DNA of 64,000 bases, from the NCBI RefSeq assembly GCF_030028105.1, contig NC_092395.1, forward strand, positions 44,048,459 through 44,112,458, read 5' to 3'. This DNA comes from Mobula birostris. Taxonomy: Eukaryota. Of the stretch, positions 1 to 12,169 are shown piece by piece (position 1 is the stretch's first letter; each line of letters begins with the position of its first letter). The notes beneath the pieces were generated by a model. That model was not told where the DNA came from and made no database searches. It saw only the letters and a program-made list of their open reading frames with translations. Made by a program: the position numbers and the translations under genes.

Positions 1-3000
1 AGTCCTTCTGCAGCCGACCTGTTTCCTCAACACTACCTGCCCTCCATCAACCTTCATATCAGCTGGGAAATTGACAATAAAGCTATTTTCCAGGAGGGGG
101 GAGAAGATGGCGGCGCAACGGCAGCGCGCGCAGCCACTTCGGTGATGAATATCTGTTATTTGTCAAGTAGGGGACCGTGCACAATCCTGATTTGATGGAG
201 ACAGACGTGAGAGCACAGTGGAACATCTGGAAAACTTCTGAAATGTCTGCTTTGCTACCGCTGCTACTGTGTGGTAACCAGAATCTCTGGAGCTGAAGGC
301 CTCGAAATCCTCGGCTTTGCATGTTTCAGCGGCCGGGGGTATGTCGAAGGCGCTCGGGAGGCTGTATCGGTGAGGCTGCTCGGAAACGCGGAGTTTTTGG
401 ACGGATGGACTCAGGGTCGGCTGGAGTCAGCTGCTTCCAAGGTATCGGCAAGCTGACGGTGCCTGGAGATGTATGGCAGGGAGTTTCTCCCTTTTGCCGC
501 CTGCAATCGGGGACTCGGGAGTCGATCGACTCGGGACTTTCAGAACTTTTTTTTTTACTGTGCCTATGGTCTGTCCTTTGTCAAATTACGGTATTGCTTT
601 GCACTGCTGTAATTATATGATATAATTATGTGGTTTTGTCAGTGTTAGTCTTTGGTCTGTCTTGTTCTCTGTGATATCACTCCGGAGAAACATTGTATCA
701 TTTCTTAATGCATGTATGCATTTCTAAATGACAATAAAAGAGGACTGAGTGTTCTCATGATCTATTCCATCATCTAAATCATTGGTATACAGCATAAACA
801 GCTGAGTTCCCAACACTAACCCTGTGGAACACCACTAGCCACTGACAGCCAATGAGAAAAAGATACAGTTATTCCCACTCTAGCTCTGTCAATAAGACAA
901 AGCTCTAACCATGTCAGTAATTCTCATGTAATACCATGGGTGTGTAGCTTGTTAAGCAACCCCGTGTGACACCTTGTCAAAGAACTTCTGACAGTCCAAA
1001 TATACAGCATCCACTGCATCCCCTTTGTCTATCCAATTTGTGATCTTCTCAAAGAATTCCTACCAGTTTGTTAGGCAAGGTTTTACCTCAAAGAAATCAT
1101 GCTGACTTAGTCCTATCTTGTTCTGTGTAACCAAGTATTCCATAACCTCATCCTTAACAATAGACGCCAACATCTTCCCAAACACTAAGGTCAGACTAAC
1201 TGGTCTATAATTTCCTTTCTGCTGCTATCATCCTTTCTTAAAGTGCAGGGTGACATTTGTAGTTTTTTCAATCATCTGGCACCATGCCAGGGTCCAGTGA
1301 ATTTTAAAAGATCATGACTAATGCCTTCACAATCTCGACCACAACCTCTTTCAGAACCCTAGAATGCAGTTCATGATTTCTAGGAGACGTATGTACACTT
1401 AGGTCTAACAGCTTTTTAAGCACCACGTCGCTTGTAAGAGTAACTGCACTCACTGATCTTCCCTCGCACCCTTCAACAGTTGGCACAGTGAAAAGTGATG
1501 CAAAATACTGATTGAGTTCATCTGCTATCCGCTTGTCCCCCATTATTACTCCGGCCCCATTTTCTGATAGGCCTGTATCCACTTTCAACTCCCTTTTATT
1601 TTTTTTTACATACAAACGTTTGTATTTGAAAAAGATTTTACTATCCATTTTGATATTGTTTGCTTGCCTGATTTCATATTTCATCTTTCTCTCTTTTTAG
1701 TTGCTCTCTGTAGTTTTTAAAAGCCTCCCAATCCTCCGTCTTACCAGTAATTTTAGGTTGTTGTATGCCCACTCTTTTGCGCTTACATTAGCTTTGACTT
1801 CCCTTGTTTGCCATGGTTGTACCATTTTGCCATTTGAGTACTTCTGTGCTTTTGGAATACATCAATCCTTCACCTTCCTCATTCTTCCTTGAAACCCAAC
1901 CGTTGCTACTCCGCTGTCACCCTGCCAGCAGCTCCTTCCAATTTACTTCAGCCAACTCTTCTCTAATACTACTGTAACTTCCTTCACTCCACTGAAATAT
2001 TGCTATGTCAGACTTTACTTTGTCTCTATCAAATTTCAAGTTGAACTCAATCATATTGTGATCACTGCCTGCTAAGTTTCTTTTACCCTAAACTCCCTAA
2101 TTGCCTCCGGGTCATTGCATAACACTCAATCCAGTATAACTGATCCCCGAGAAGAATCAATGACAAGCTGCTCTAAAACCCCATCTCATAGGCATTCAAC
2201 AACTCACTCTCTTGAGATCCAATACCATCCTTATTTTCCTAATTGTCCTGCCTGTTCAAAACTGGAATGACATTCATAACATTGACCATTTGATACGCCT
2301 TTTCAACTTCCGGTGTATCCTGTAGTCCACATCCCAGCTACAGTTGGGAGGCCTGTATATAACTTCCAGCAGGCTGCTTCTACCCTTGCAGTTTCTTAAC
2401 TCATCCTACGAGGATTTCACATTTTCCGATCCTATGTTACATCTGTTGACTGATTTGTTGCTCGTCTTTTCCAGTAGAATCACTCTACCCTTTCTGGCTA
2501 CCTTCTATCCCTTTGATGCAACATGTTACCTTAGACATTCAGCTCCCAACTACAACCATCCTTCAGCCAGGACTCAGTGATGGCCACAGCATCATACCTG
2601 ATAGTCTGTAACACTGCAACAAGATCATTCACCTTGTCTATTATACTCTCTGCATTGAGATATAACAATTTGAGTGCCGCATTTGCTACCCTTTTTGATT
2701 CTGCATCTCTAATGCACTGATACTCAATCTGCTGGCTGCAGTTTTGTCCTTTCATCTGTCTTTCCTTTCTGGAAGTTTGTCTACACGCTATCTTTTTTTT
2801 ATTTTACCAATCGTCCTATCCTGAGTCCCTTCACTCTGGTCCTACCCCCATCGGCCCCTGCCAAATTTGTTGAATCCCTCCACAACAGCTCTAAAAACCT
2901 GACCACAAAAATATTGGTCCCCCTCAGGATCAGTTTCAACTCGTCACTTTTGAACAGGTCATACCACCCCCAGAAGTGATCCCAATGATCCAAGAACCTG

Positions 3001-3900
3001 AAGCCCCTGTTCCCAACACCAGTTTCTCGGCCACGTATTCATATGCCAAATTAATCCTGTTTCTATCCTCTCTAGCACGTGGCATGGGTAGCGAACCAGA
3101 AATTACTACCCTGGATGACCTGCTTCTCAACGTTCTACCTAGCTCTCTAAATTCTCTTTTCAGGACCTCTTTGCTTTACCGTCATATATTGGTCCCAATA
3201 TGTACCAAGACATCTGGCTGCAGTCCCTTGCTCTCTAAAATGCAGTGGGTGCAATCTGAGATGTCCCTAATACTGGCACCAAGGAGGCAACATGCCATTG
3301 ATTTGTCCCATTCACATCCAGAGAATCTCCTGTCTGTTCCTCTGATGACTGTGTCCCCTATCACTACCGTCCACCTATTCTCCCTCTTTCTATTCTGCAC
3401 CATGGACTTATGCACAGCACTAGAAACCCAGTCTCCATGGCTTTCCCATGGCAGGTCATCCCGCACAACAGAATCCAAAGCCACATGGGTGCTCTGAGCT
3501 AACTGCTAATCACATTTCCATTTTTTTCCTGACAGTCACACAGCTACTCACATCCTGTAGCTTAAAGGTGTCAACTTCCCTCTAACTCTGATTGATTATC
3601 TCCTCACTCTCCAATACAAGCTGAAGGTCATCTAGCTGCTGCTCCAGATCCTGAACAGAGGTTGGATTGGATGCACCTCATGCAAATGTATTTCCTTGTG
3701 AGACACAGGGTCATCCCAAATCCAATATCTGACATGAAAAGCACATAAGATTCACGAGGTACAGTGAGAGAGAAAAAATGGGAAACTTTCGAGCTGAAGC
3801 CTCCTATGAGCCAGTGCCTGACACTCCTACTCTCACCAGTAGGCTACTCCCAACCATAGCCATCCCGCTTGTCCCTTCTGTACATTTAGACAAGCGTCAC
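1..3900 (-). mobile_element. Degenerate CR1-clade LINE (ORF1 SGNH-esterase region, ORF2 endonuclease and RT), interrupted by an insertion at 93-761
   Basis: Minus-strand fragments: VVIGDTVIRGTDRRF...VLVHIGTN (3182-3484, CR1 ORF1 esterase), YLNAESIIDKVNDL...YDAVAITESWLKDG (2531-2755, APE endonuclease) and DSKIFFKY...IADELNQYFASLFT (1304-1684). SGVPQG/YxNDL-like sequence lies at ~775-835, with an FADD-like continuation at 1-75. Confidence 0.9.
93..761 (+). mobile_element. Non-autonomous ~670 bp non-LTR retroelement (copy A1) nested in the CR1
   Basis: AAGATGGCGGCG (YY1-type motif) at 104-115 and AATAAA at 733-738. A near-identical reverse copy lies at 31504-32171. Candidate degenerate TSD: CTATTTTCCA (83-92) / CTATTCCA (762-769). 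Confidence 0.8.
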
Positions 3901-5119
3901 CAACTACGACAAACCTGCTGTGGCCTGCTCCAGCCACTGATTAGGCCACCAGAATGATAACAGATCAATAACCAGTCTCAAAGACGTTTATAAGGACAGT
4001 GTGATTAGAAACAGCAGGACGTGCAATATTCCAAGTCATTCCAATTCAGTAATAGTTTGCGTTTCCTTTTTTGCTGAATCAATGTCTTAGAATTTCTTAA
4101 TCACAAGCTGTGTCTGGTAGCTTAAGATGATTGCAGCATTTTAACAAGGTAGCTCCCAACCTGCACAGTGTTTCTCCTTTGGTATGTTCCCATGCTCTAT
4201 GAATTGCCAACAAATCAATACTACTTCAGAGGGAATTTTTCATTTGTCATCTTACTTTTTAGATACCTGCAGTAGGTATCACAGGGAACTGGGAAAAAAA
4301 ATACGAGCTGTCACTGACCATTCACTGCAAAGACAAGTGCATCAGTGTCAGCATTATCAGCCAGGTTGTCATCCCTCGTACCAATCGCTTCATTACTCTC
4401 AGCTACTCTCATTACTCTCTTCATTACATCAACTGGGCAGAATGTCAGTTGTGTGTTTGAAAGCTGCTATTCTCAGGTCCATCATGCAAAGAGATTTCCA
4501 AGTTGTTAATGAACAAAAACATGAAGGACAGACTGAAGATGCAATCAGAAGAAATGCAATCTCAACACTGACTCCTGGGAATGTCTGGCCCATGACCAGC
4601 CAAAGTGGAGAAGGGCCCTTCGGGGTTGTATTGACAATCACAAGGTCAGGCATCAGAAGCACACGGAGACCCTGTTTTCAGAGCAGAAGAAGTAGACCAC
4701 CGTACAAACCCCTCTCATTTTCACCACCTGTCCCAGCTGTGAAGACAACACTTTGCATATTAACATGATTAGCTTGCTTCAGCAGCTTTGGAATTGCATT
4801 TTTGACTTCATGCAGCATCTTCTGTACACATGCATCAGCAATCTGAGCTGGCTGGCTGAATAGGTACTGGTGTGAGAATAACAGTGTAATTGTGGAAGAG
4901 GGTGTCAGATTTACCCCCACTTGTCTTTACTCGAGGCAGAACCTTTATAATTCTAACAACTGTGGAATGAGAGACTGTTGAAGTACTGTGACCACTGGTG
5001 TACAGACTGACGAGCTTACACAGCAGCAGTCTGATCATCCAGTATAGCACTTACCCACTTTATGGCTTCTGCATGTGCTTCAATGAAAAGTGGAATATGA
5101 GCCATCTAATGGAGAATCT

Positions 5120-5560
5120 TCCGGAGGGAAGGCCTCAAAATCTCCGGCTTTGCCTGTTGCTGGCGACCGAGATTGAGGTCGAATCGCTTGGATAGAGCTG
5201 GTGCTCGGTACTCGGTGTCAGAGGGCTGATCAGAGGCTCAAAGTTTTCGGACGACTCAGAGTCGGACTGTGGTCGGGCATGGCAGTGAGAGTTTTCTTCC
5301 TTCTCCTGTCTGTGTGAGATGTGGGACTTTCGAGAAACTTTGAACTCTTTTACTGTGCCATGGACTGTTCTTCATCAAGTTATGGTATTGTTGCACTGTT
5401 GTAACTATATGTTTTACTTATGTGGTTTTGTTAGTTTTTCAGTCTTGGTCTGCCCTGTGCTTTGTGATATCACACCAGAGGAATATTGTATCATTTCTTA
5501 ATGCATGCATCACTAAATGACAATAAAAGAGGACTGCGTGTCCTCATAATCTAATCTAAT
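5120..5560 (+). mobile_element. Related non-autonomous retroelement (shares the 3' half with A1; (AATCT)n tail)
   Basis: The 3' end TGTGATATCAC...TGACAATAAAAGAGGACTG...CTCATAATCTAATCTAAT matches 660-760. Confidence 0.75.
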
Positions 5561-5669
5561 GCATTGTTGTTAGAATGGAGCTGTTCAACATCCATCCTGG
5601 AATGGATGTGGTTCAGACACCACAAAGATATGTCTGGAGTGACAAGTGGATTTTTTCCACATAAACATG

Positions 5670-5870
5670 AGGAAATCTGCAGATGCTGAAATTTTAAGCA
5701 ACACACATTACAGTCGATGTTTTGGGCCGAGACCCAGACCCTTTTTTTAGCCCTGACGAAGGGTCTTGGCCCGAAACGTCAACTGTACCTCTTCCTAGAG
5801 ATGCTGCCTGGCCTGCTGCATTCACCAGCAACTTTTATGTGTGTTCAGTGGATTTTTCCATTTTTTTTTG
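5670..5870. mobile_element. Penelope-derived terminal-repeat fragment in inverted (fold-back) arrangement with a hammerhead-like motif
   Basis: 5711-5735 is the reverse complement of 5761-5785. The plus arm reads CTGACGA AGGGTCTTGGCCC GAAA CGTC, followed by the same tail found at the end of the Penelope at 47342-47400. Confidence 0.75.
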
Positions 5871-6299
5871 CATATGAACACAGTCCATGTTCTGACCTCC
5901 GTACCGAACATCTTATGTTCTAATCTCATCAACAAAGATCTGCATGCTCCTCCTTCAAATTCATCTCTCGATGCCTCATGTGGAGACATATCCTCCGTGA
6001 AACTGGTGCTTGCGTTAGCCGCCCCTTCTATTGTGGCTGTAGGATATGCAGGTCCAAGCAAATATGCATGATACAGAACATGATCATTTATATTCTGGTT
6101 GGTTTTAGAGTCAAATCAAGACACCAGATGATTTGGGCAGGTGGGAGCAGATCATTATATAAAATGAAGTGATCAAAGATTGGAATATAGTCATTGCGAG
6201 ATAAAGGTGAGGTGCTTTTACATACCATCCAGTGTTCAACACTCTTCTGTGTTATTGAACACTAGATTCATATTTGAAAATATATTTATTTTTGAAGTA

Positions 6300-8500
6300 T
6301 ATGTGACCATATAAATCTCAAAGTTCAAAGTACATTTATTATCAATGTCGGTACACAAAACAAAGGCTACCTTAGTCTTCACTTTCTTGCTGGTGTTCAT
6401 TGGAAAAAAACAGCAAATACAGAAGAAGTTTGAGAAAAATTACACACTCAAAACTGACAAACAACAATTTTACAAAGGAGGAAAAAAAATGAAAATATAA
6501 ATAATATTGAGAATATGTTTTTAAGAATCCTTGAAAGTGAGTTCATTAGTCATTGAATCAGTAGGGTAATAACTGTCCTTGAAACTGCTGGTTTTTAGAT
6601 TGGTATCTCCCGCCTGATGGTAGTCATGAAAAGAAGGCAGAGACTGGAAGGTACACATCTTTGATGATAGATGCTGCTATTTGTGGCAGCCTTCCAAGTA
6701 AATATATTCAATGGTGGGTACACCACATTCTGTAGTTTTATCTACTCCTGGGCATTCGTGTTCCCATACCATGCCGTGATGCAGCCGATTACAATGCTCC
6801 CCACAGAGCATCTATAGAAATTTGTCAAAGATTTTGGTGATATGCCAAATGTGTGTGAACTTCTAAGATATTAGAAGTGCTCTTGGACCTTCTTTGCAAT
6901 GAGTCTAATATACTAGTCCCTGCACAGTTCTACTGATACAGAATGTTACCAGAATGGAATTTAAAACTACAGACCAATACCACCTCTGTTCCCCTGCTGG
7001 TGACTAGCTCATGACACTCTGATTTCTTTCTCCTGTAGATGATAATTAGTTCTTTGGCTTTTCTGACGATGAGGGAGAGGTTGTTGTGGCAACACTCAGA
7101 TTTTTAATTTATCTCATATGCCAATTTATCTCCACTTTTGTTGTGACTCACAATACTGATGTTAGCAACAATTTTAAAAAACAGGGGACTTAGCACACAG
7201 TCTTATGGGGCTCATGCGCTGATGGTCACTGTGAGTGTTTTCAATACGTATGTAACCTTCGCTTTGGCGAATGGCTTAATAAAGGGGCTGATAGCCAGTA
7301 GCCCAGCCAAACTTAAGAAATCTCATTTGGGTGGATGCTGCGCGATGTGTTCCATCTTACAATTCAGTATCCCGAAATAACAAACAGTACACAATATGCG
7401 ATTAAGTGATTAAGCTTTATAATTCTTACTTTGACTATATGGTTAGTAAAGAATGAAAAAAAAGAAACAAAAGAGAAGGGCCCAAACTCATTACACAGTC
7501 TGTTACTCAAAGTTGGAGCTCACTGATAAGCCAATCGTCCACCATCGACCTCCTCCAATCGTCGCTGCCCTTCGGACCCTCACTCCAAGTCCACCCAGTC
7601 CGGTGGTCTACCACCCTTCTCAATTCATTTCTTCTCTCCACATCTCTTCCTGGCAAAATACCACGAAAATCCCTCTTCCAGCTCCGAAGAAAGAACAACA
7701 GCATTTCAAGCTCCGTTGTCTCTGGTCATAACCCAAACATTGCCACTACAGAGAAACCATTACATTATCAGTGAAACCTTATGGCATGTTACACAGCAGT
7801 GAAACCCTGCAGCATGTTACACATACTAAATGGGACCTGCCAGTTAGGAAATGGATGGTGCAGTTGCACAGGGGAGGACCGAGGCCCTGGTCTTGGAGAT
7901 TAGTGATGAAATTTGAGGGGATGATGGAGTTGAATGCTGAGCTGTTGTCAATGAAGAACATCTTCATGAAACTTTGTTCAATATACAGGTGTTCCAGAGA
8001 TGAGTGAAAGGCCAATAAGATGACACTTGCTGTAGAACTATTGTTATGTTAGCTCAAGTGGAGTGGATCCTGTTTGTTCCTCAGGTAGGAGGTGATGTGC
8101 TTCATGACTAACCTCTTGAATCACTTCATCACAGTGGATGTAAGCATAACTGGAAAATATTCATTGAGGCAGGATGACATGTCCTTATTGCACACTTGTT
8201 TAAATTATGTCTGATTGTCTTCGAATGCCAAAAACACAAGGCTTTGGGTTCACCCTCCTAAAGGATCACTCAGCTCAGGCTCAGAAAATGAGATGACAGG
8301 GTCATTGGCTCTTTGGGGATTTGTGAAGATACCTTCATGTTCTGCCAGTCAAAGTGACAAGAAAAGGCATTGAATTCTAATGGAATATGCAAAGGTACTG
8401 GTCTTTGCTCTTTCTCTTCAGTTTGCTGCCTGGGAGCTCTGTAGCTTTATGTATAACATCAATTCTGTTTGCTCTGTTGTAGCAAAGATATGAAGACTAT
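6300..8500 (-). mobile_element. Degenerate Rex1/Babar-type LINE RT fragment
   Basis: ORF 7779-8015 reads AFHSSLEHL...MFFIDNSSAFNSIIPSNFITNLQDQGLGPPLCNCTIHFLTGR, matching the Rex1 RT motif LFIDYSSAFNTIIP..L..KL..LGL...LC.WI..FLTGR. Confidence 0.75.
7251..7821. mobile_element. Probable solo LTR (571 bp) inserted in the Rex1 fragment
   Basis: Termini TGTAAC...GTTACA. Flanks CGTA / CATA fit a 4-bp TSD with one CpG transition. Confidence 0.55.
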
Positions 8501-8514
8501 GGATAGGTACAGAG

Positions 8515-9874
8515 TGTCACAAAGGGGGCATTGTGAACGGACTCAAATGCGAGACACAGACAATGAAGTACAAGGAACAGGACTTGACTAGAGTGGGGAC
8601 ATGACAGGATACAGACAAGAAGCAGGGAAAAGAATGCAGACTAGGGCTTGGATCACGAGCCAGAGACTGGACAAGCACACAGAATCTGGGTCTTGCCTCT
8701 GGCTCGGGCTCCAGAACCAGATATAGACATGACATGACTGCAGGACTGGAGGCTGCAGTCTTAAGGCTTGGAGATAGGCAGGGTTCTTGGTCTTGAGGCT
8801 TGAGCTGAGAGACAGGCTGGGGTCTTGGTCTTGAGGCCTGCAGGTTTGGGTCTTGGTCTTGAGGCCTGTAGGCTGGGGACTTGGTTTTGAGGCCTGCAGG
8901 CTGGGGCCCTGGTCTTGAGGCCTGCAGGCTGGGGTCTTGGTCCTGGGTCTTGAGGCCTGCAGGCTGGGGACTTGGTCTTGAGGCCAGTAGGCTTGGGTCT
9001 TGGTCTTGGGTCTCAGGTACTTGGAGGCCTGGGTATGGACTCTGAGCCAGAGTCTGGGCAAGGACACAGAACCTGGGACTTGACTCGGGCTCGGATTCAG
9101 AACTAGGCGAGGACCAGACGAGGCTACAGCACTGGACATGGCTTGGGTGTGGAACTCTTGGGTAGGGCAAGACACAAGGACTGGTAAAGGCACATGGACA
9201 GGACTCGGATAGGACTCGACAAGGCACGGACTGGATGAGGACCTTCAGGAGCATGGAGCCTTAGACTAGAAGAGACAGAAGCATGGAACATAGAGCCAGT
9301 ACCCCTCCTTGGGAATGCGACATAGGACCGGCACTCACACACATAACACAGAGCCGGGACCCCTCCTTGGGAACAGGACGTAGGGAGGGTCTCATACACA
9401 GAACACTGAATATGAAGAGACGGATCCCAACACAAGGTGGCGACAAACGGCCAGACCCACCTAACGGAGGTCTGGACACAGAGACAGATCCCAACACTAG
9501 GTGGCGGCAAATGGCCGGACCCACCTAGCGAAGGTGTGGACATGGAGAGACAATTCCACACAACGAAAGACAGTTCCTAACAAGGCTCTGGTCTTGCTCT
9601 GGCAGTAAGACTTCAGCGGGGTATACATGCTGGGTGAACAGGCAGAGAGTCAGGCGAGATATCCAGGCAGAGTCAGGCAAGGAGGGAAAAGACAGGGAGG
9701 GGAACCGGGCTTTCCAGCAGAGAATCCCTGGTTTGCAGAGGTATTTATGTCTCAGCCCCAAAATGAGAAACATGTGCCCTCGACAGAAACTGGGGAAAAC
9801 CAGAAACCCAGGAACAAGGAGGCATGGATCGGATTGTGAACTGGAACACAGACTTCACGGACCGGACTTTGACA
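8515..9874 (-). mobile_element. Solo LTR (1360 bp) of a Gypsy-type retrotransposon
   Basis: Termini TGTCAC...TGACA with a perfect 5-bp TSD CAGAG (8510-8514 / 9875-9879). Both ends are homologous to 44364-45336. Confidence 0.9.
8760..9020. repeat. ~28 bp minisatellite inside the LTR
   Basis: Roughly 8 degenerate contiguous copies of TGGGGTCTTGGTCTTGAGGCCTGCAGGC. Confidence 0.85.
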
Positions 9875-9889
9875 CAGAGGTTGTTTATC

Positions 9890-10450
9890 AGGATGCTGCC
9901 TAGATTACAGGATATGTGCTATAAGGAATGCTTGGACAAACTAGGCCTGTTTCATTAGAAGAGCAGAGGCTATGGAGAGAGCTAATAGAAGCTTATAAAT
10001 TAAAGATATAGCATAATTACAGTGGAGAGCTAATATCATTTTCCCAGGGTTGAAATGTCCCATAGTGAAGTGCATACATTTTGTTTTATATAGAGATATC
10101 GCATAGCACGAAGCCATTCTGGCCCAATGAGCTCGCTGCCCAGTTACGCCCATGTGCCTAATTAACCAGAGATCCTGCTTATCTTTGGAAAGTGTGAGGA
10201 AACTTTACCACCTGGTGGTCATGCAGAGAACTACAAATTCCTTACAGAGTGGCAGAATTTAACCCAGGTCACTGGCACTACAATTGTATTACACTAATTC
10301 TATACCACTGTGTGGGTGAGAAAAAAGGTTCAAAAGAGAGGTTCAGGAAAGTTGTTGCCTGTCTGGAATGCGCTGCCAGAGGTGATGGTGGAAGAAGATA
10401 TGACATTCAAGGGGCTCTTAGATAGACAAAAGAACTGCAGAGATATGAGT
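9890..10450 (+). mobile_element. CR1 3'-end fragment with a reverse tRNA/V-SINE-like insertion (~10090-10310)
   Basis: Typical CR1 C-terminal region (YKE.LDKLGLFSLE..RL) and 3' UTR. The internal segment resembles the reverse of the SINE at 43405-43650. Confidence 0.65.
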
Positions 10451-11007
10451 CATTAGACTAAGTGCAGTGAGAGGGAATTTGATATCATTAACTTAACTAG
10501 TTTAGCCAAAGGGCCTGTTGTTCTGTTGTATTTTTCTATGTTCTGCCACATCTTCCACTCACAGGAATGTATCATCATATCGTTCATGAATCTACACTCT
10601 CGATATCTACCAATGGTTGTATCCACCAAACACCTTCTTTGTAAGAGGAGCAGACATGACATTTGACTTCAATGGTCGAGCTAATCACTGCCAAAAAAAA
10701 AACTTTGCCACATGATAGACCAATAAGCAGTATACTGTATGCCATATGCTGTTGATACTGAAACGTGATAACGAAGTTGATGCACAAATTTATGGCTCTA
10801 TAGCTCTTTTCCAGTGCCCTGTAAAGAAGCTGAAAATTTTTAATGATATTATCAGTAACTTCAGATGTATACATCTATTACATGACTCTCTTCCCATTGC
10901 TTCTCCATTTTACTGCACCCACTTCCAACTAATCACAACCTGGTCTCAACTTGAATATAGCATAGCAAACCAATAAAAAGCATTCCACTGCATACCTATA
11001 ACCTTAG

Positions 11008-11242
11008 AATGTCTCTGCGACCTGGATGAACACGCTGATGACATGTGGAGACTTGCGTACTCCAAGGACTGCATCAGGCGATGCCATCTCTGGGCCACCC
11101 ATGTTGAAACCAATGCCGGACGAAAATCGACACCACCCTGGCTCTCGAACAGACAGACTCACGTCCGCCCCCTCTGAGCCACACTTCATCACAGAAGTGT
11201 CAGGAGAAAAACACCTGTCATACAAAATAACAACCTCAGAAG
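11008..11242 (+). other. Candidate internal coding exon of an unidentified host gene
   Basis: Non-repetitive, CpG-containing 235 nt between CCTTAG| and AAG|GTACAA. One frame is fully open (NVSATWMNTLMTCGDLRTPR...LSYKITTSE). I recognise no homology. Confidence 0.3.
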
Positions 11243-12082
11243 GTACAATTTAAAGTTAATTGCAAAGCAAAGCATATATGGTCACTAGAAGCTGGATATA
11301 TGAAATAAAATTAAAGTGATCGTAATACTCAGGAATTTAGTTCATATCAGTGGAACCAGAAGGATTTAATTTTATGTCGATGGCCCTTGAAAGGAAAAGT
11401 CAAAAAAAATCTGAAAATGGTAAAGGATACACTCCAGCATTTTCAGTTTTTATTGCAAATTTCCTGCATTTGCATCAGGTGTATTGGATGCAGTGGGTAA
11501 GGTGTAAAAACAAGGATATGAGCTGTGAATCTCTTCCTGTGCAAATGTTCCGTTCACACATTCAGGTGGGGTGAAGTGTGTCATTAATTATTCTGAGAAA
11601 TATTCCTTAAATTTGCCATATCCAACCATGATTTCCAATTTCTTCACATTACATTGGAAATAATGTGAAAGCTACTTGTAAGTCCATAATACAGATACCA
11701 ATATTGTTTCTCAGCATAATGGAGCATTGTTGAATTTGATTGGGAACTCATCCAGCTCCTTACACTAATCGTAACCCAACGTGATACATCTTGATAATTA
11801 CCCATTTATCCAAGGAACATTCTGGTCCAACCTGTTTTGTCAGGAGTAGCTGCAAGCATTCCTAAAGCTAAGGCTGCAATTCAGTAAGATACACCAGCGG
11901 ATCCCACACATACCAAGCAGTGGATTCCTTTCAACGCTGCAATCTTTTTAAGATATGAACTGCTGCTTCTGAGTAAAAAATTCCTGGATTTTGACCCAGC
12001 AAACAAATACTTTCAACTCAAGATGACTTGGGGAAGTGCATGTGCTGGTGTCTCTCTGCCCCTTTTGCCCTGTTTTTAACAG

Positions 12083-12111
12083 ACCCCGGTTATAATACGA
12101 CGCTGAAGTAA
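12083..12111 (+). other. Candidate terminal coding exon (DPGYNTTLK*)
   Basis: Strong polypyrimidine acceptor CTCTCTGCCCCTTTTGCCCTGTTTTTAACAG|. Phase 1 matches the donor at 11242, and the frame ends at TAA. Confidence 0.3.
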
Positions 12112-12169
12112 TTGTAAAATACTTAATTCTGTATACATTATACTGTATGCATTATCCTTCAGAGAGTAT

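Noticed and set aside
3680-3687. Second perfect octamer ATGCAAAT
   Set aside because: It lies within CR1 ORF1 sequence with no leader or V exon nearby.
4184-4768. 194-aa plus-strand ORF
   Set aside because: No recognisable domain, composition or splice context on either strand; treated as a chance ORF or very old repeat.
5905-6036. Minus-strand 132-nt phase 1-1 exon-like segment (TIEGAANASTSFTEDMSPHEASRDEFEGGACRSLLMRLEHKMF), with a TM-like frame on the plus strand
   Set aside because: Both strands give plausible frames, there is no partner exon or homology, and I cannot choose between them without RNA data.
8760-9020. Regular short repeats resembling a CRISPR array
   Set aside because: The units are contiguous without unique spacers and lie inside a eukaryotic solo LTR, so this is a minisatellite.
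8517-9254. 245-aa and 201-aa low-complexity ORFs
   Set aside because: Produced by the stop-free minisatellite in the LTR.
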